This document shows positions 48,508 to 58,510 of a stretch of 64,000 nucleotides of DNA, in pieces. A program made the translations under genes and the position numbers. Each line of letters starts with the position of its first letter. Position 1 is the stretch's first letter. Below the pieces are notes generated by a model. The model saw only the letters and a list, made by a program, of their open reading frames with translations. It did not search any database and was not told the DNA's origin. Source of the DNA: Chthonomonadales bacterium (lineage in GTDB: Bacteria; Armatimonadota; Chthonomonadetes; Chthonomonadales; CAJBBX01); assembly GCA_037443035.1 (NCBI GenBank), contig JBBIPC010000011.1, forward strand, positions 23,367-87,366, given 5' to 3'.

Positions 48508-48587
48508 GAATGCTCGATCAAGAGGGGAAACTCGGTATGGGCTGGTCTCCGAGGCGTGGGTATCGGAGCAAACGGGAGGAAAGACCA

Positions 48588-51263
48588 ATGATGTGGCACG
48601 AAGCACACAGCACCGGCGCCAGACTCGCAGCCGGGTTGCTGGTCGCCGTGATGTGGCTCGGGCTCGTATCACGTCCTGTGTCGGCGCAGACCTTCGTTTC
48701 AGTGGAGAATGGCAAGATTGTTGCGTCGGTAGGGGTCGCGGACGATCTGAACAGCGTGAACGTGGCTGGCCGCTTTGGCATCGTCCAGGCCGGCCAGAAC
48801 GGCGGTGTTCTGCTGCAGTTGCCCCGCTCGACCGATCTGAACCAGCTTGGCAGCTACGTGACGGTGCGCATTGACGGAGGCACGCCCTTCCTTCCCGACG
48901 GAACTGTGGCGGAAGGCGTCGCTGGTTGGGATATCGCGTGGGGGTACGAGGATACGCCCGACACAGACATTACTGGCGAATGGATCCAGCAGCCGACTGT
49001 AGTGAGCCCGACGCGAATCGTGGCCAAGTGGCATACCATCCCGGATAGTACAGCGACGCCGCCCATACCGGAGATCCAGGTAGACCTGGAGCTTCGGATC
49101 GTCTACGACATGGTGTTGTACAAGTTCACCGTGTACAACAAGGATACACGTTCGCATACGGTGGGACTACGGTTCGCGCAGGACTTCGCCGTACCCGGCG
49201 ATGTGGATGGACCTGTAGTGACTCCAAGCACCGCTGGGATCACCAACGAGACCGAGTTGCTTAGCACGACGATCCCCGAGTACTGGCGTGCGGCAGGCGC
49301 ACAAGCGACAGGGTCCGTGGGTGCGGTGCTCCTCCCGAGCGGGGTCTCCACATACCCAACGCGGCCTGACCGATTGGTGTTCGGTCTCACGGAGCATATC
49401 TGTGGTCCTCTCTGGGATTTCACACCGAACAAAGCAGAGACGTTCGTAGGAGCTCTGGTGGATGGAGCATCGGCCGTCTACTACAACCCGGCGTTGTATG
49501 CGCCTGGGCAGTCGCGATCCATCACGATGGTTTTCGGTGCAGCAGGATCCAGTTATGAGTTCGGGCAGCGCCTCGCGGCAGGGCTCGAGGGCCCCGTTTC
49601 GCTGCAGTACGATCCGAAGAAACCTGCGGACGAGCAGCTTCAGCCGAATCCCTTCAAGGTGACCGCGTTTCTGTACAACTTGAACTCGGTAGCCCTGAGC
49701 AACGCTCGGGCCGCGATCTCGCTGCCCGCGGGGCTGGAGCTGGCTCCTGGTCAGAACCCGCTGAAGACCGCGGCTACAATCGCCGTGGACGGAGAGGCCA
49801 CGTTCTCATGGGATGTCGTCCCGACGGGTACAGCATCGGGGAGGCTGACCTACTCTGTGTCGCTCAGCGCCGACCCCGGCGGACAGGGCGTGAGCGTGGC
49901 GAGGCCCATTGACATCCCTGCACTGCCCACACAGGAGTTCGGTGGCGGTTGGCAAATGGTGTCCTTCCCGTACGTCATGGACGACCGGACACCAGAGGGC
50001 GCGATCAACCTCGATCGCGCCATGTATGACCTCGTACGTTGGAACCCTACGGCTGCGCATTACGAAGCGGCGCAGTTCCTGAACCCCGGGGAAGGCTACT
50101 GGTTGCGCCTGAATGGGACGAGTGCCATCACGCTGGCGAATGCGCAACCCGTGAAGCCGCCGTCCGGCGTCCAGGAGATCTACCTGCAGAACGGATGGAA
50201 CCAGATAGGAAACCCGTTCCTGCTCGGTGTGCGGTGGGGCGACCTGAAGGTAATGAACCTGGACGCAACCGATCCGGATTATCTCAAGCCCCTGACGATC
50301 GCTGAAGCGTCCGACTTCACTCGGCGGTGGCTTTCGCCGACCGTATTCTACTATGACGTTCAGGCGGGTATGTACAAGTTCGACCAGGGCTACGCAACGG
50401 AGCTGAAGCCTTTCGTGGGTTATTGGGTCAAGGCGAACAAGTCGAGTCTCCTGTTACTAGTACCGCAGCCCACGGGTCGAGCTGTGCAGACCGCTCTGCC
50501 GTCTCGCGCACCGGCCTCGGTTTCCGGTGGCTGGTTGCTGCGACTCCAGGCGTCCGATGGGCGCACCTCCGACGGATGGAACTTCATCGGGGTTGCCAGG
50601 AACGCAAGCGATGGTCTGGACGTGTTGGATGTCGCCAAACCACCTGCAGCTGCCGACAGCGTCGCGGTTGCCATTGTGCAGGACGGCGCAACGGGTCAGG
50701 AGCGGTTCGCACAGGATGTCCGCTCCGCATCGGGAGCGGTCAAGACGTGGAGAGTGTCCGTGAGCAGCCCGGCGCCGAACACAGACGTCGTGCTCACGTG
50801 GCCGAATCTCGCGACGTTACCGAGGACGCATGAGCTGTACCTGACCGATGATGCCTCCGGAACAAGATATGCGTTGCGCCGGCTGTCGTCGCTGAGGGTG
50901 AACACGGGTCCATCTGGGATTAGGATGGTAAGCATCACCGCGGAGCCAAGATCGTCCGGAGGCGCGTTCCGGATAACGACCTGGAACGCAGCCCAGACGC
51001 GTAGCAGGTCCGCGGCGACCATAGCTGTAGCGGCCACACAGCCCGCGTCGCTCAGCATCCGCGTGTTGGCGCCGAACGGTGATGCGGTGCGGCGGCTGAC
51101 GAGTCGAGCGGAAGGGACCGGCCAGTTGGCTCAGATCACGTGGGATCTGAAGGACAGCAAGGGAGTTGCAGTTCCAGCCGGCGCTTACACAGTGGAGATC
51201 AAGGCAATGACGGCGGACGGCCAGAGTGCAAGGGTAGTCGCGCCGCTCGTGGTGACACGCTGA
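48588..51263 (+). CDS. Secreted protein of unknown function with an Ig-like domain and the shared C-terminal module
   Basis: ATG after GGGAGGA; signal peptide ending VSA-Q; GWQMVSFPY, PGEGYW, GWNQIGNPF, GYWVKA; ends WDLKDSKG...PAGAY...PLVVTR. Confidence 0.8.
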   Translation: MMWHEAHSTGARLAAGLLVAVMWLGLVSRPVSAQTFVSVENGKIVASVGVADDLNSVNVAGRFGIVQAGQNGGVLLQLPRSTDLNQLGSYVTVRIDGGTPFLPDGTVAEGVAGWDIAWGYEDTPDTDITGEWIQQPTVVSPTRIVAKWHTIPDSTATPPIPEIQVDLELRIVYDMVLYKFTVYNKDTRSHTVGLRFAQDFAVPGDVDGPVVTPSTAGITNETELLSTTIPEYWRAAGAQATGSVGAVLLPSGVSTYPTRPDRLVFGLTEHICGPLWDFTPNKAETFVGALVDGASAVYYNPALYAPGQSRSITMVFGAAGSSYEFGQRLAAGLEGPVSLQYDPKKPADEQLQPNPFKVTAFLYNLNSVALSNARAAISLPAGLELAPGQNPLKTAATIAVDGEATFSWDVVPTGTASGRLTYSVSLSADPGGQGVSVARPIDIPALPTQEFGGGWQMVSFPYVMDDRTPEGAINLDRAMYDLVRWNPTAAHYEAAQFLNPGEGYWLRLNGTSAITLANAQPVKPPSGVQEIYLQNGWNQIGNPFLLGVRWGDLKVMNLDATDPDYLKPLTIAEASDFTRRWLSPTVFYYDVQAGMYKFDQGYATELKPFVGYWVKANKSSLLLLVPQPTGRAVQTALPSRAPASVSGGWLLRLQASDGRTSDGWNFIGVARNASDGLDVLDVAKPPAAADSVAVAIVQDGATGQERFAQDVRSASGAVKTWRVSVSSPAPNTDVVLTWPNLATLPRTHELYLTDDASGTRYALRRLSSLRVNTGPSGIRMVSITAEPRSSGGAFRITTWNAAQTRSRSAATIAVAATQPASLSIRVLAPNGDAVRRLTSRAEGTGQLAQITWDLKDSKGVAVPAGAYTVEIKAMTADGQSARVVAPLVVTR

Positions 51264-51313
51264 TGGTCGGATCCACCCAAAGACATGGTTCGATTGGGAG
51301 CAGGGAGAGGCTT

Positions 51314-54300
51314 ATGAAATCCTTTCGGGGCACACTGACGTGGCTACTGGCCGCCATGATCTTCGCAGGACTGGCGGCGAGACCGGCCGTCGCTGCGCCT
51401 AATGTGACGGCGGAGTGCTTCGCCGTGCGGGTGGATGACACAACCGAGGCAGGCACGGAGCAGACCTGGTACGTCTTCAGGGCAGTGGTTTCGGCGAGCA
51501 GCGACACATCGGTGCTGACTGGAACCCCGCGACTGCACCTAGGAGTTCAGTTCGTGGATGCCCAGAACGGCATCATCATTTCCCGTCGGCAGATCACTAT
51601 GGATCGCGATGGAACCCGGTCTAGCTTCACCGGCGAGCGGTTCTATATAGCGTTCGTTCGTGGCCAGACCATCCCTGACTTGGCGGATGGTCACACGGTT
51701 CCAGCCAACGGCACGGGCAGGACTGTGAACTCCAACTGGGCAATCGAGGCCTGGGAGGTGGATAGCCAGGGCAACGCATCCATGACCGCCAGCGACCAGT
51801 TGAACCTAGTCGTGTACCCGTCGGTGCGGGACGTGGATTCGCCCTACTGGGCTGTGCACCTGACACCGGTGGATCCCAACGGCAACGACGATACAGCTCC
51901 CGGGCAGGGACAGAACGGCAACGGTCTACGGGTCAATCCCGAAGACACCACTCGTCCGAACGATGGTGGTGGCTCTCATCGGTACACATGGCGTGTCCGG
52001 GTGAGGACCTACGGCGGCCTGCCGCCGGGGTTATTCCAGCGGCCCAGCACGTATGACCTCTCCATGTTTTGGTTCGCGTCGCAGGCGAGGTACGACGTGC
52101 TCCGAAGCGGTGTGCTGCTGTATCTCGTGGATCCCATGGGAGCCGTGCACGTCTTCCCCATGACCTCGCCCGACCTAGACCCCAACGCGACATATCCGAC
52201 CGAAGGACCGTTCCTGCATCCGCAGGCGGTACCGGCTCTAGCTGAAGGATCCATCTTCTCCTTCACCATGGAGCCGACGGAGTTCTGGCCGGATGGCATG
52301 GCCGTCTTCTTCGGCGGGGACCTCCAGAGCATGGTGCCCCAGTTCCCTGTGCCCGACGGCGTTGCGACGATTCCCCTGGGTGGGTCCATCGGGCAGAGCT
52401 TTGTGGGTAGGCCCTTCGCGAACGTCTATGCTTCCTTCAACGAGCTGGACTCGACGATCCTGTATGCGGCATTCATGTCGCCGCCGCCGCCGCTGCCGGT
52501 CTACAGCACTGGCGTCGGTGGACGCGTCGGGCAATGGGGATACTACGTCCGTTCGTCCATTGACTTCAGGCCCGATCCCGCTGTCGGCAACGACCAGAAT
52601 GTGGACAACTTCGTGGCGACTTCGACCGGGTCGCCGCCCAACCGTACGTGGACGAGCTACCGGGAAAACTGGGGCCAGACGGATACACGCTACCGCCGGC
52701 TGCAGGATAGCGACGATCCAGATCCCCGCAATGTGGATGCTGAGGTCCCGTATGTCCATCCCTACGTCACACCCATCCTCGTAGACGGTCATTGGACAGA
52801 CGACCTGATCGAGAATCGCAACCTGCAGAAGCCACCCACGTACCTGCTGGGGATCGAGCCATGGCCGCCTTACGACGATCCAACGACGACCTACGCCTCC
52901 AACGCTCGTAGGTCCCGTGTGACGAACAAGACCAAGGTGCGCTTCCAGGTCCGCGTGGTCCACCGGCCTCAGGGCGACATTTCAGGGCCCCTGACGGTTC
53001 GAGTCTGGATCGGCAACATGACGGACGGCAGCATGCGACCGTACATGATGCAGGTCCTGCCCAACCAGGGCACGCTGGACTACACGCAAGGAGTGATCTA
53101 CTACTACGACACCGTCTTCGGGCCGGGCAACGAAGGGCGCCATGTTATGTACTTCGAGGCCGACGATGGCGTGAACCGGTGCATCTGGCCGCGCCGGCCC
53201 GACGACGATCCGCAGGGCGCCCAGTACCCGAATCGAACCGATACGTTGTTCTTTGGATCGGTGACGCAGGTCGGCAAGAACTACATGCTGGAACCCTGGG
53301 TGAACAACCGGCCTGAGCTGCTTAACGGACGGGTCACACCCAGCTCCGGAGTGCTCGGCACCTCCTTCACGTACGAGGTCGTGTACCGGGACAAGGACAA
53401 TGATCCGCCCATGGATGCGTGGGTCATTATCAACAACAAGCCGGAGCACTGGCGATACCGGATGACCGAGGCTCCCGAGGACGCGAACATCCCCTATTCG
53501 CAGGGCCGGCGGTATCGGCTGGTGCTGAATCAACTCCCGGGCGTGGAACTGAACAAGTACAACTTCTACTTCCAGTTCCGCGACAACTGGGCGCAGGCGG
53601 ACCGACCGATCCGACGCGAGTACGGAGAGTGGGTGACCTATCCCGAGGGTGACGATAGCGGCAATCCCAGCAACGTCATCGAGGGGCCCACGATCATCGC
53701 CAACAGCGCTCCGGAGCTTCGGGAAGTCAGCATATCGGCCAGTGATACAGCCTACAACAGCGCAACCAAGTACGACTTCTTCGTACGCTATCGCGATGCC
53801 GACAATAACCCGCCGAACAACGTGAAGCTGTACGTCGAGCTGTACGACACCGCCACCAACCAGCGCATGACCGTGGATCCGGGCAAGACGCTGGTTCCGG
53901 CAGAGAGCGGCACCAACTACGCTTCCGGTGTTCAGTATCACCTGGCAGCGCCAATCCGGCTTGCTCCAGCTCCGCTCGGCCAGGAATACAGGTTCCGGTT
54001 CACGACGAGTGACGGTGTGGACAACTCGGCGGTCGTCACTGTAGGTACGGGCGCCAACTCCGTGCAGCTCAATACGGCCCGGGTTCTTCGCCGTGTCGCT
54101 CCGCAGGTCTACGATGATCCCGCCGGAACCCGCGCATGGCTGGTGGACACGACGCTGTTCGTGTGGCGCACGAACCAGTTCGGGCAGACGCAGCTTCTGT
54201 CGCCGGCGGACTACACGATAGATGCTGCCCTCGGACGGGTGACGATCCCGAGCGCCGCGGATACCGATGTGATCCGGGCGTCCTACCGTTACGAGCAGAC

Positions 54301-57300
54301 CGTGGGACCGACAGTCAACGAGAATGTGATTCCGGTCCTCAACCTGCCAGATCCCTACGACAAGCCGCTGAACTACAAGACAATCTCTCAGACCGTGGGC
54401 GATACGTCCACAGTCTTCCAATTCAGCATCGACTATACCGATGCAGACAACCAGCCGCCGGTTCTCGATGACGGCGTGACGGAAGGTGTCTATCTCGTGG
54501 TGGACAACACGACCCGTGTTCCCATGACGCGCGACCCGAATACGCCGACGCCGGTGGATTACCGCACCAAGATCCGGTACATCGGTTCCACGTCTCTCCC
54601 GATTGGTCACCACGTCTATCACTTCGAGGCTACCGACGGCGCGGGAGTTGGGCGCAGACCGCTGGTGACCGGCGATGCGGACGGTAACGGCGATCCCATT
54701 CCCGCCGATCTGCCTGTCATCGTGACCAGCGCCGCAACGCTCAGCAACCTGGTCATCGAACCGTTCCCCAAGGGGCGGAGCAACCAGCTCTATCAGTTCA
54801 CCGTGACCTATCGGAGCCCTGACGATCGGGCGCCAGAAGACAGCGGACGCGGCCGCATCGAGCTATGGGTGAAGGAAGCTGGCGGCAGCAACTACACGTA
54901 TGTCGTGATGACGGCCATCGATCCCATCAACCCTGGTGCTTATGCCAATGGAGTCCGGTTCCGAGCGCAACTCACGGCACCGGCAGCGCCGCTGCAGCCT
55001 GGCAGCCACACGATCACCGTGGGCTTCGAGGGTGACAGAACGCAGAGCTACGTGCCCTTCGTGGATCTGCTGGTGAATGACAAGCCGGTCTTGAGCGAGC
55101 CGACGGTTACTCCGAATCCATCCACCGCGGCCCAGGATGTTGTCTTCAGCGTCAAGTACACCGACTCCATGCTGGGTGACGCGCCGACACGGATGGAGCT
55201 GCAGATTGACCGGAAGCCGGTTGCGGTGCAGCCGGTGAGCACGCCTACCAATCCGACAACGGCCGACTACAAGGCGGGCGTGGTCTATACCTGGACCATC
55301 CCAGGCGTGGACATCGGCGTTGGCAGCCATATCTACCAGTTCTTCGCCAAAGACGATGTGGAAGACGCCGATCCGGTTCCGCCAGCACCGGCCAACTTCA
55401 CGGTCAATGCCGCCGGAATCCTGACACTGGAAGACGGCAAGGTTACTCCCACGCAGGGGAACCAGGCGAATCTTTACGTCTACAGCGTGACCTACAAGCA
55501 CAGCGACAATATCGCGCCCTACCGCATCGAGGTCATCGTAGACCCCGACACGACGGCGACGAAGTACACGCTGAAGCCTGTGGGAACGCCTCCGTTCAAC
55601 TTCGCCGGAGGAGTTGTCTTCGAGAGCGATCCAGTCCAGTTGCCAGCCGGCATGCATTCCTTCCGGTTCGAGGCACAGGACCGCTTCCAGACAGTGCAGC
55701 TCCCGCCCGCACCTGGGAAGTACGACGGACCGAAGGTCAACTTCCCGCCGGAACTCTCCAACGTTCAAGTCACCGTGGAGGGCGATCCAACGGTCTATAC
55801 CGTGGGTGCTGGCAACGCGCTGACGCCGGCTCTGGTGGCCAACCTCACGAAGAAGTTCACGTTCAAGGTCACCTACAAGGACATTGACCAGAACAACCCG
55901 AACGTTCCGGAGCCGGATCATTACGTGCAGCTTCAGATAGACGGAATGTCGCCGATTGCGATGACGGCTACCGGTAACGACTACGCGAATGGCGTCGTCT
56001 ACGAGGCGCAAGTCCAGGGGCTAACGGCTGGTGCCAAGCTCTTCCGGTTCGAGGCCTTCGACGGTCCCGGTGCGATGGGCGATACGGTCCACCTGCCGAC
56101 GACGGGCTTCATCAGCGGCATGACGATCTGGAGTGTGCCTGAGTTGGTGGCACCAGCACCGGGCACTCCTGCCACGAACGACGGAACTTGCACTCCGCTG
56201 TCGGGCATTCGCTCGACGATCTATCAGTTCCGGATCGTCTACAAGCACCCCGACAACCGGGCACCTCAGAGCATCCAGATGGTGCTCGACGGAGGCACAG
56301 CATCCGAGCGGCGCATTGACCTGACGCCCCAGGGCACGGGGCCGCTGAACTACGTGAGCGGTGTCACGTACGGCTACGATACGTCGGTGGCGGAGCTTGC
56401 GGTCGGTACGCACACCTACCGCTTCGAAGCGACGGACAGCCTGACGCCGGTGCAGACAACCACGTACACCGGTCCGACGGTCTCCAACGCCATCCTGAAC
56501 CTGAGCGCTCCGGTCACGGGAACCTTGGCACCAGCCTCCGGACCGCCGTCCACGACGTTCACCTACCAGGTGGTGTACAGCAATGCCGACAACAATGCTC
56601 CACAGCAGGTGCAGGTCGTCATTGACGGTGTGGCATACAACATGACCCGGGCGACGACGAGCACGGATTACCGCGTCGGTGTCCTCTACGAGTACAAGTT
56701 CCGGTTCTCCAAGGATGAGCAGCAGAGGAACCATGAGTACTACTTCCAGGCCAAAGACACGGTCAATCCGGACACCGTGCGCTTCCCGGCAAGCGGCACG
56801 CTAGCCGGCCCCACGCTGAACACGGCGTTCTTCGTGGTGACGGGGGTTTCCCAGCCGCCGTCGCCAGTGGGCGCCCCCATCGTTGTGGGTGGTACCGTTA
56901 CGGTGACGGGTCGCCTCGATACGAACAACCCCGTCGGGGTCCAGTCCATCCCAGTCCAGCTCATTCGGCCAGACGGCAGCGGAGCGAACGAGTCCGCAGT
57001 TACGGCGGCCGACGGCACGTTCACCTACACTTCGACGACGGTCCTCGATCAGACCGGTCAGTGGAAGGTGAAACTGAGCTGGTCGGGTGTGACGGGCACC
57101 TACGATCCGACCTCGCTGGAGACCTCGTTCAACGTCACGGGTGTCACGGTGACACTGGAGAGTGGCGTGCTGGATCTCATCGCACTGCCCATCGTGCCTG
57201 TTACGCCTGATCCGAGCACTACGTTCAACCCGACGCGGGCAGACGGTTCCTCCGCGCCGGTGTCCGTGCTCGATCTGATCACGTGGGCGCCGACGATGCC

Positions 57301-58444
57301 GCCAAGCGGCAAATACGTTGCGCTGAACCGCGACGCCAACTTCCCGGGTGCCCAGGGCGGACGCGGCTACTGGACGTATCCTAGCGAGAAGGTTACGCTG
57401 AGCCCCAGAGGCAAACTCTGGAACCAGTCGCAGTCGTACACCGTGAGCGTCGCTCAGGGATGGAACCTCATCGGATCCGTCTTCAGCAAAGACATCGACT
57501 GGGGTGCGGTCCAGATTCGATATCAGGGCAATGTGATGCCGCTGGCGAGCGCTGGCACGATCCTCAGACCGTATGCTTGGGGCTATGACCCGGCATCTGG
57601 CAGCTACAAACTCATCCAGGCCGGCGGCGTTCTCAAAGCCGGTCGCGGTTACTGGGTGCGCGCACTAGAACCATGCGAGATCATCCTAAACCCGCCAACG
57701 ACCAAGGCCGCGGCCGTAACGCGGGATGCTGACCTGACGGCGAACGCCCTCCAGGTGGTGGCGCGAGTTGGCGAGAGGCTCGACACGGACAACTTCCTAC
57801 CGTTGACAGGCGCGGTATCGCGGGCCATTGTGGAGAAGCCTCCGTACGTTGGTAACTACGCTTCCATCCAGCAGATACCGGCCAGCGAAGTCGCGTCGGT
57901 GGTGCCAACACGGGCCGGCCAGCAGGTGCTAGCGTTCGAAGCCGTGACCAACGTGGCGAATGCCGATATCGCCATCACCTTCCCGAACCTCGCCACACTC
58001 GGCCGCCGGTATGAGGCGACGCTCGTAGACCTGGCGACGAAGACGACGCGGGCACTCGGCAGCGCGGCAACGTACACGTACAACTCTGGCGAGACCGCCG
58101 CGGCAAGGCGCTTCGCCATAGTCCTGACGCCGGTCACTGCCAACAGTCGGCTGGTGATCACCGATGTGCGAAGCACGGGGCGCGCAGCAGGTACGCTTGC
58201 GTTCACGTACACGCTGTCGGGTCCGGCGTCCGTGCGGGCTCAGATCGTGAGCACGGCGGGCACCGCGGTTCGGAACCTTGCACAGGGACGAGCTGCGGTG
58301 ACCGGTGCGAACACTCTGGTCTGGGACGGCCGAGACAACCGTGGCATCGCTGTTCCCGCCGGTACCTACCTGCTGAAGTTGACAGCCTCGGATAACCAGG
58401 GGCGCTCGGCGACGGCGGTATTGCCAGTGACAGTGGTCCGGTAG
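51314..58444 (+). CDS. Giant secreted repeat protein (~2376 aa) with about 10 Ig-like repeats and the shared C-terminal module
   Basis: ATG after GGGAGAGG; signal peptide MKSFRGTLTWLLAAMIFAGLAARPAVA; repeats of F/YxVxYxDxDNxxP...Y..GV.Y...H.Y.FEAxD; GWNLIGSVF; ends WDGRDNRG...PAGTY...PVTVVR. Confidence 0.85.
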   Translation: MKSFRGTLTWLLAAMIFAGLAARPAVAAPNVTAECFAVRVDDTTEAGTEQTWYVFRAVVSASSDTSVLTGTPRLHLGVQFVDAQNGIIISRRQITMDRDGTRSSFTGERFYIAFVRGQTIPDLADGHTVPANGTGRTVNSNWAIEAWEVDSQGNASMTASDQLNLVVYPSVRDVDSPYWAVHLTPVDPNGNDDTAPGQGQNGNGLRVNPEDTTRPNDGGGSHRYTWRVRVRTYGGLPPGLFQRPSTYDLSMFWFASQARYDVLRSGVLLYLVDPMGAVHVFPMTSPDLDPNATYPTEGPFLHPQAVPALAEGSIFSFTMEPTEFWPDGMAVFFGGDLQSMVPQFPVPDGVATIPLGGSIGQSFVGRPFANVYASFNELDSTILYAAFMSPPPPLPVYSTGVGGRVGQWGYYVRSSIDFRPDPAVGNDQNVDNFVATSTGSPPNRTWTSYRENWGQTDTRYRRLQDSDDPDPRNVDAEVPYVHPYVTPILVDGHWTDDLIENRNLQKPPTYLLGIEPWPPYDDPTTTYASNARRSRVTNKTKVRFQVRVVHRPQGDISGPLTVRVWIGNMTDGSMRPYMMQVLPNQGTLDYTQGVIYYYDTVFGPGNEGRHVMYFEADDGVNRCIWPRRPDDDPQGAQYPNRTDTLFFGSVTQVGKNYMLEPWVNNRPELLNGRVTPSSGVLGTSFTYEVVYRDKDNDPPMDAWVIINNKPEHWRYRMTEAPEDANIPYSQGRRYRLVLNQLPGVELNKYNFYFQFRDNWAQADRPIRREYGEWVTYPEGDDSGNPSNVIEGPTIIANSAPELREVSISASDTAYNSATKYDFFVRYRDADNNPPNNVKLYVELYDTATNQRMTVDPGKTLVPAESGTNYASGVQYHLAAPIRLAPAPLGQEYRFRFTTSDGVDNSAVVTVGTGANSVQLNTARVLRRVAPQVYDDPAGTRAWLVDTTLFVWRTNQFGQTQLLSPADYTIDAALGRVTIPSAADTDVIRASYRYEQTVGPTVNENVIPVLNLPDPYDKPLNYKTISQTVGDTSTVFQFSIDYTDADNQPPVLDDGVTEGVYLVVDNTTRVPMTRDPNTPTPVDYRTKIRYIGSTSLPIGHHVYHFEATDGAGVGRRPLVTGDADGNGDPIPADLPVIVTSAATLSNLVIEPFPKGRSNQLYQFTVTYRSPDDRAPEDSGRGRIELWVKEAGGSNYTYVVMTAIDPINPGAYANGVRFRAQLTAPAAPLQPGSHTITVGFEGDRTQSYVPFVDLLVNDKPVLSEPTVTPNPSTAAQDVVFSVKYTDSMLGDAPTRMELQIDRKPVAVQPVSTPTNPTTADYKAGVVYTWTIPGVDIGVGSHIYQFFAKDDVEDADPVPPAPANFTVNAAGILTLEDGKVTPTQGNQANLYVYSVTYKHSDNIAPYRIEVIVDPDTTATKYTLKPVGTPPFNFAGGVVFESDPVQLPAGMHSFRFEAQDRFQTVQLPPAPGKYDGPKVNFPPELSNVQVTVEGDPTVYTVGAGNALTPALVANLTKKFTFKVTYKDIDQNNPNVPEPDHYVQLQIDGMSPIAMTATGNDYANGVVYEAQVQGLTAGAKLFRFEAFDGPGAMGDTVHLPTTGFISGMTIWSVPELVAPAPGTPATNDGTCTPLSGIRSTIYQFRIVYKHPDNRAPQSIQMVLDGGTASERRIDLTPQGTGPLNYVSGVTYGYDTSVAELAVGTHTYRFEATDSLTPVQTTTYTGPTVSNAILNLSAPVTGTLAPASGPPSTTFTYQVVYSNADNNAPQQVQVVIDGVAYNMTRATTSTDYRVGVLYEYKFRFSKDEQQRNHEYYFQAKDTVNPDTVRFPASGTLAGPTLNTAFFVVTGVSQPPSPVGAPIVVGGTVTVTGRLDTNNPVGVQSIPVQLIRPDGSGANESAVTAADGTFTYTSTTVLDQTGQWKVKLSWSGVTGTYDPTSLETSFNVTGVTVTLESGVLDLIALPIVPVTPDPSTTFNPTRADGSSAPVSVLDLITWAPTMPPSGKYVALNRDANFPGAQGGRGYWTYPSEKVTLSPRGKLWNQSQSYTVSVAQGWNLIGSVFSKDIDWGAVQIRYQGNVMPLASAGTILRPYAWGYDPASGSYKLIQAGGVLKAGRGYWVRALEPCEIILNPPTTKAAAVTRDADLTANALQVVARVGERLDTDNFLPLTGAVSRAIVEKPPYVGNYASIQQIPASEVASVVPTRAGQQVLAFEAVTNVANADIAITFPNLATLGRRYEATLVDLATKTTRALGSAATYTYNSGETAAARRFAIVLTPVTANSRLVITDVRSTGRAAGTLAFTYTLSGPASVRAQIVSTAGTAVRNLAQGRAAVTGANTLVWDGRDNRGIAVPAGTYLLKLTASDNQGRSATAVLPVTVVR

Positions 58445-58459
58445 ACTGGATGCGAATGG

Positions 58460-58487
58460 TGTGGGGCGCCGTTCGCGGTGCCCCACA
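58460..58487 (+). terminator. Intergenic hairpin with a TTCG loop
   Basis: tgtggggcgccg-ttcg-cggtgccccaca. Confidence 0.5.
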
Positions 58488-58510
58488 ACCCATGGAGGTG
58501 ACTCTGCCTG

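Noticed and set aside
51140..51313. Longer start for the giant protein (2434 aa)
   Set aside because: Overlaps the upstream gene; ATG 51314 has an RBS and yields a clean signal peptide.
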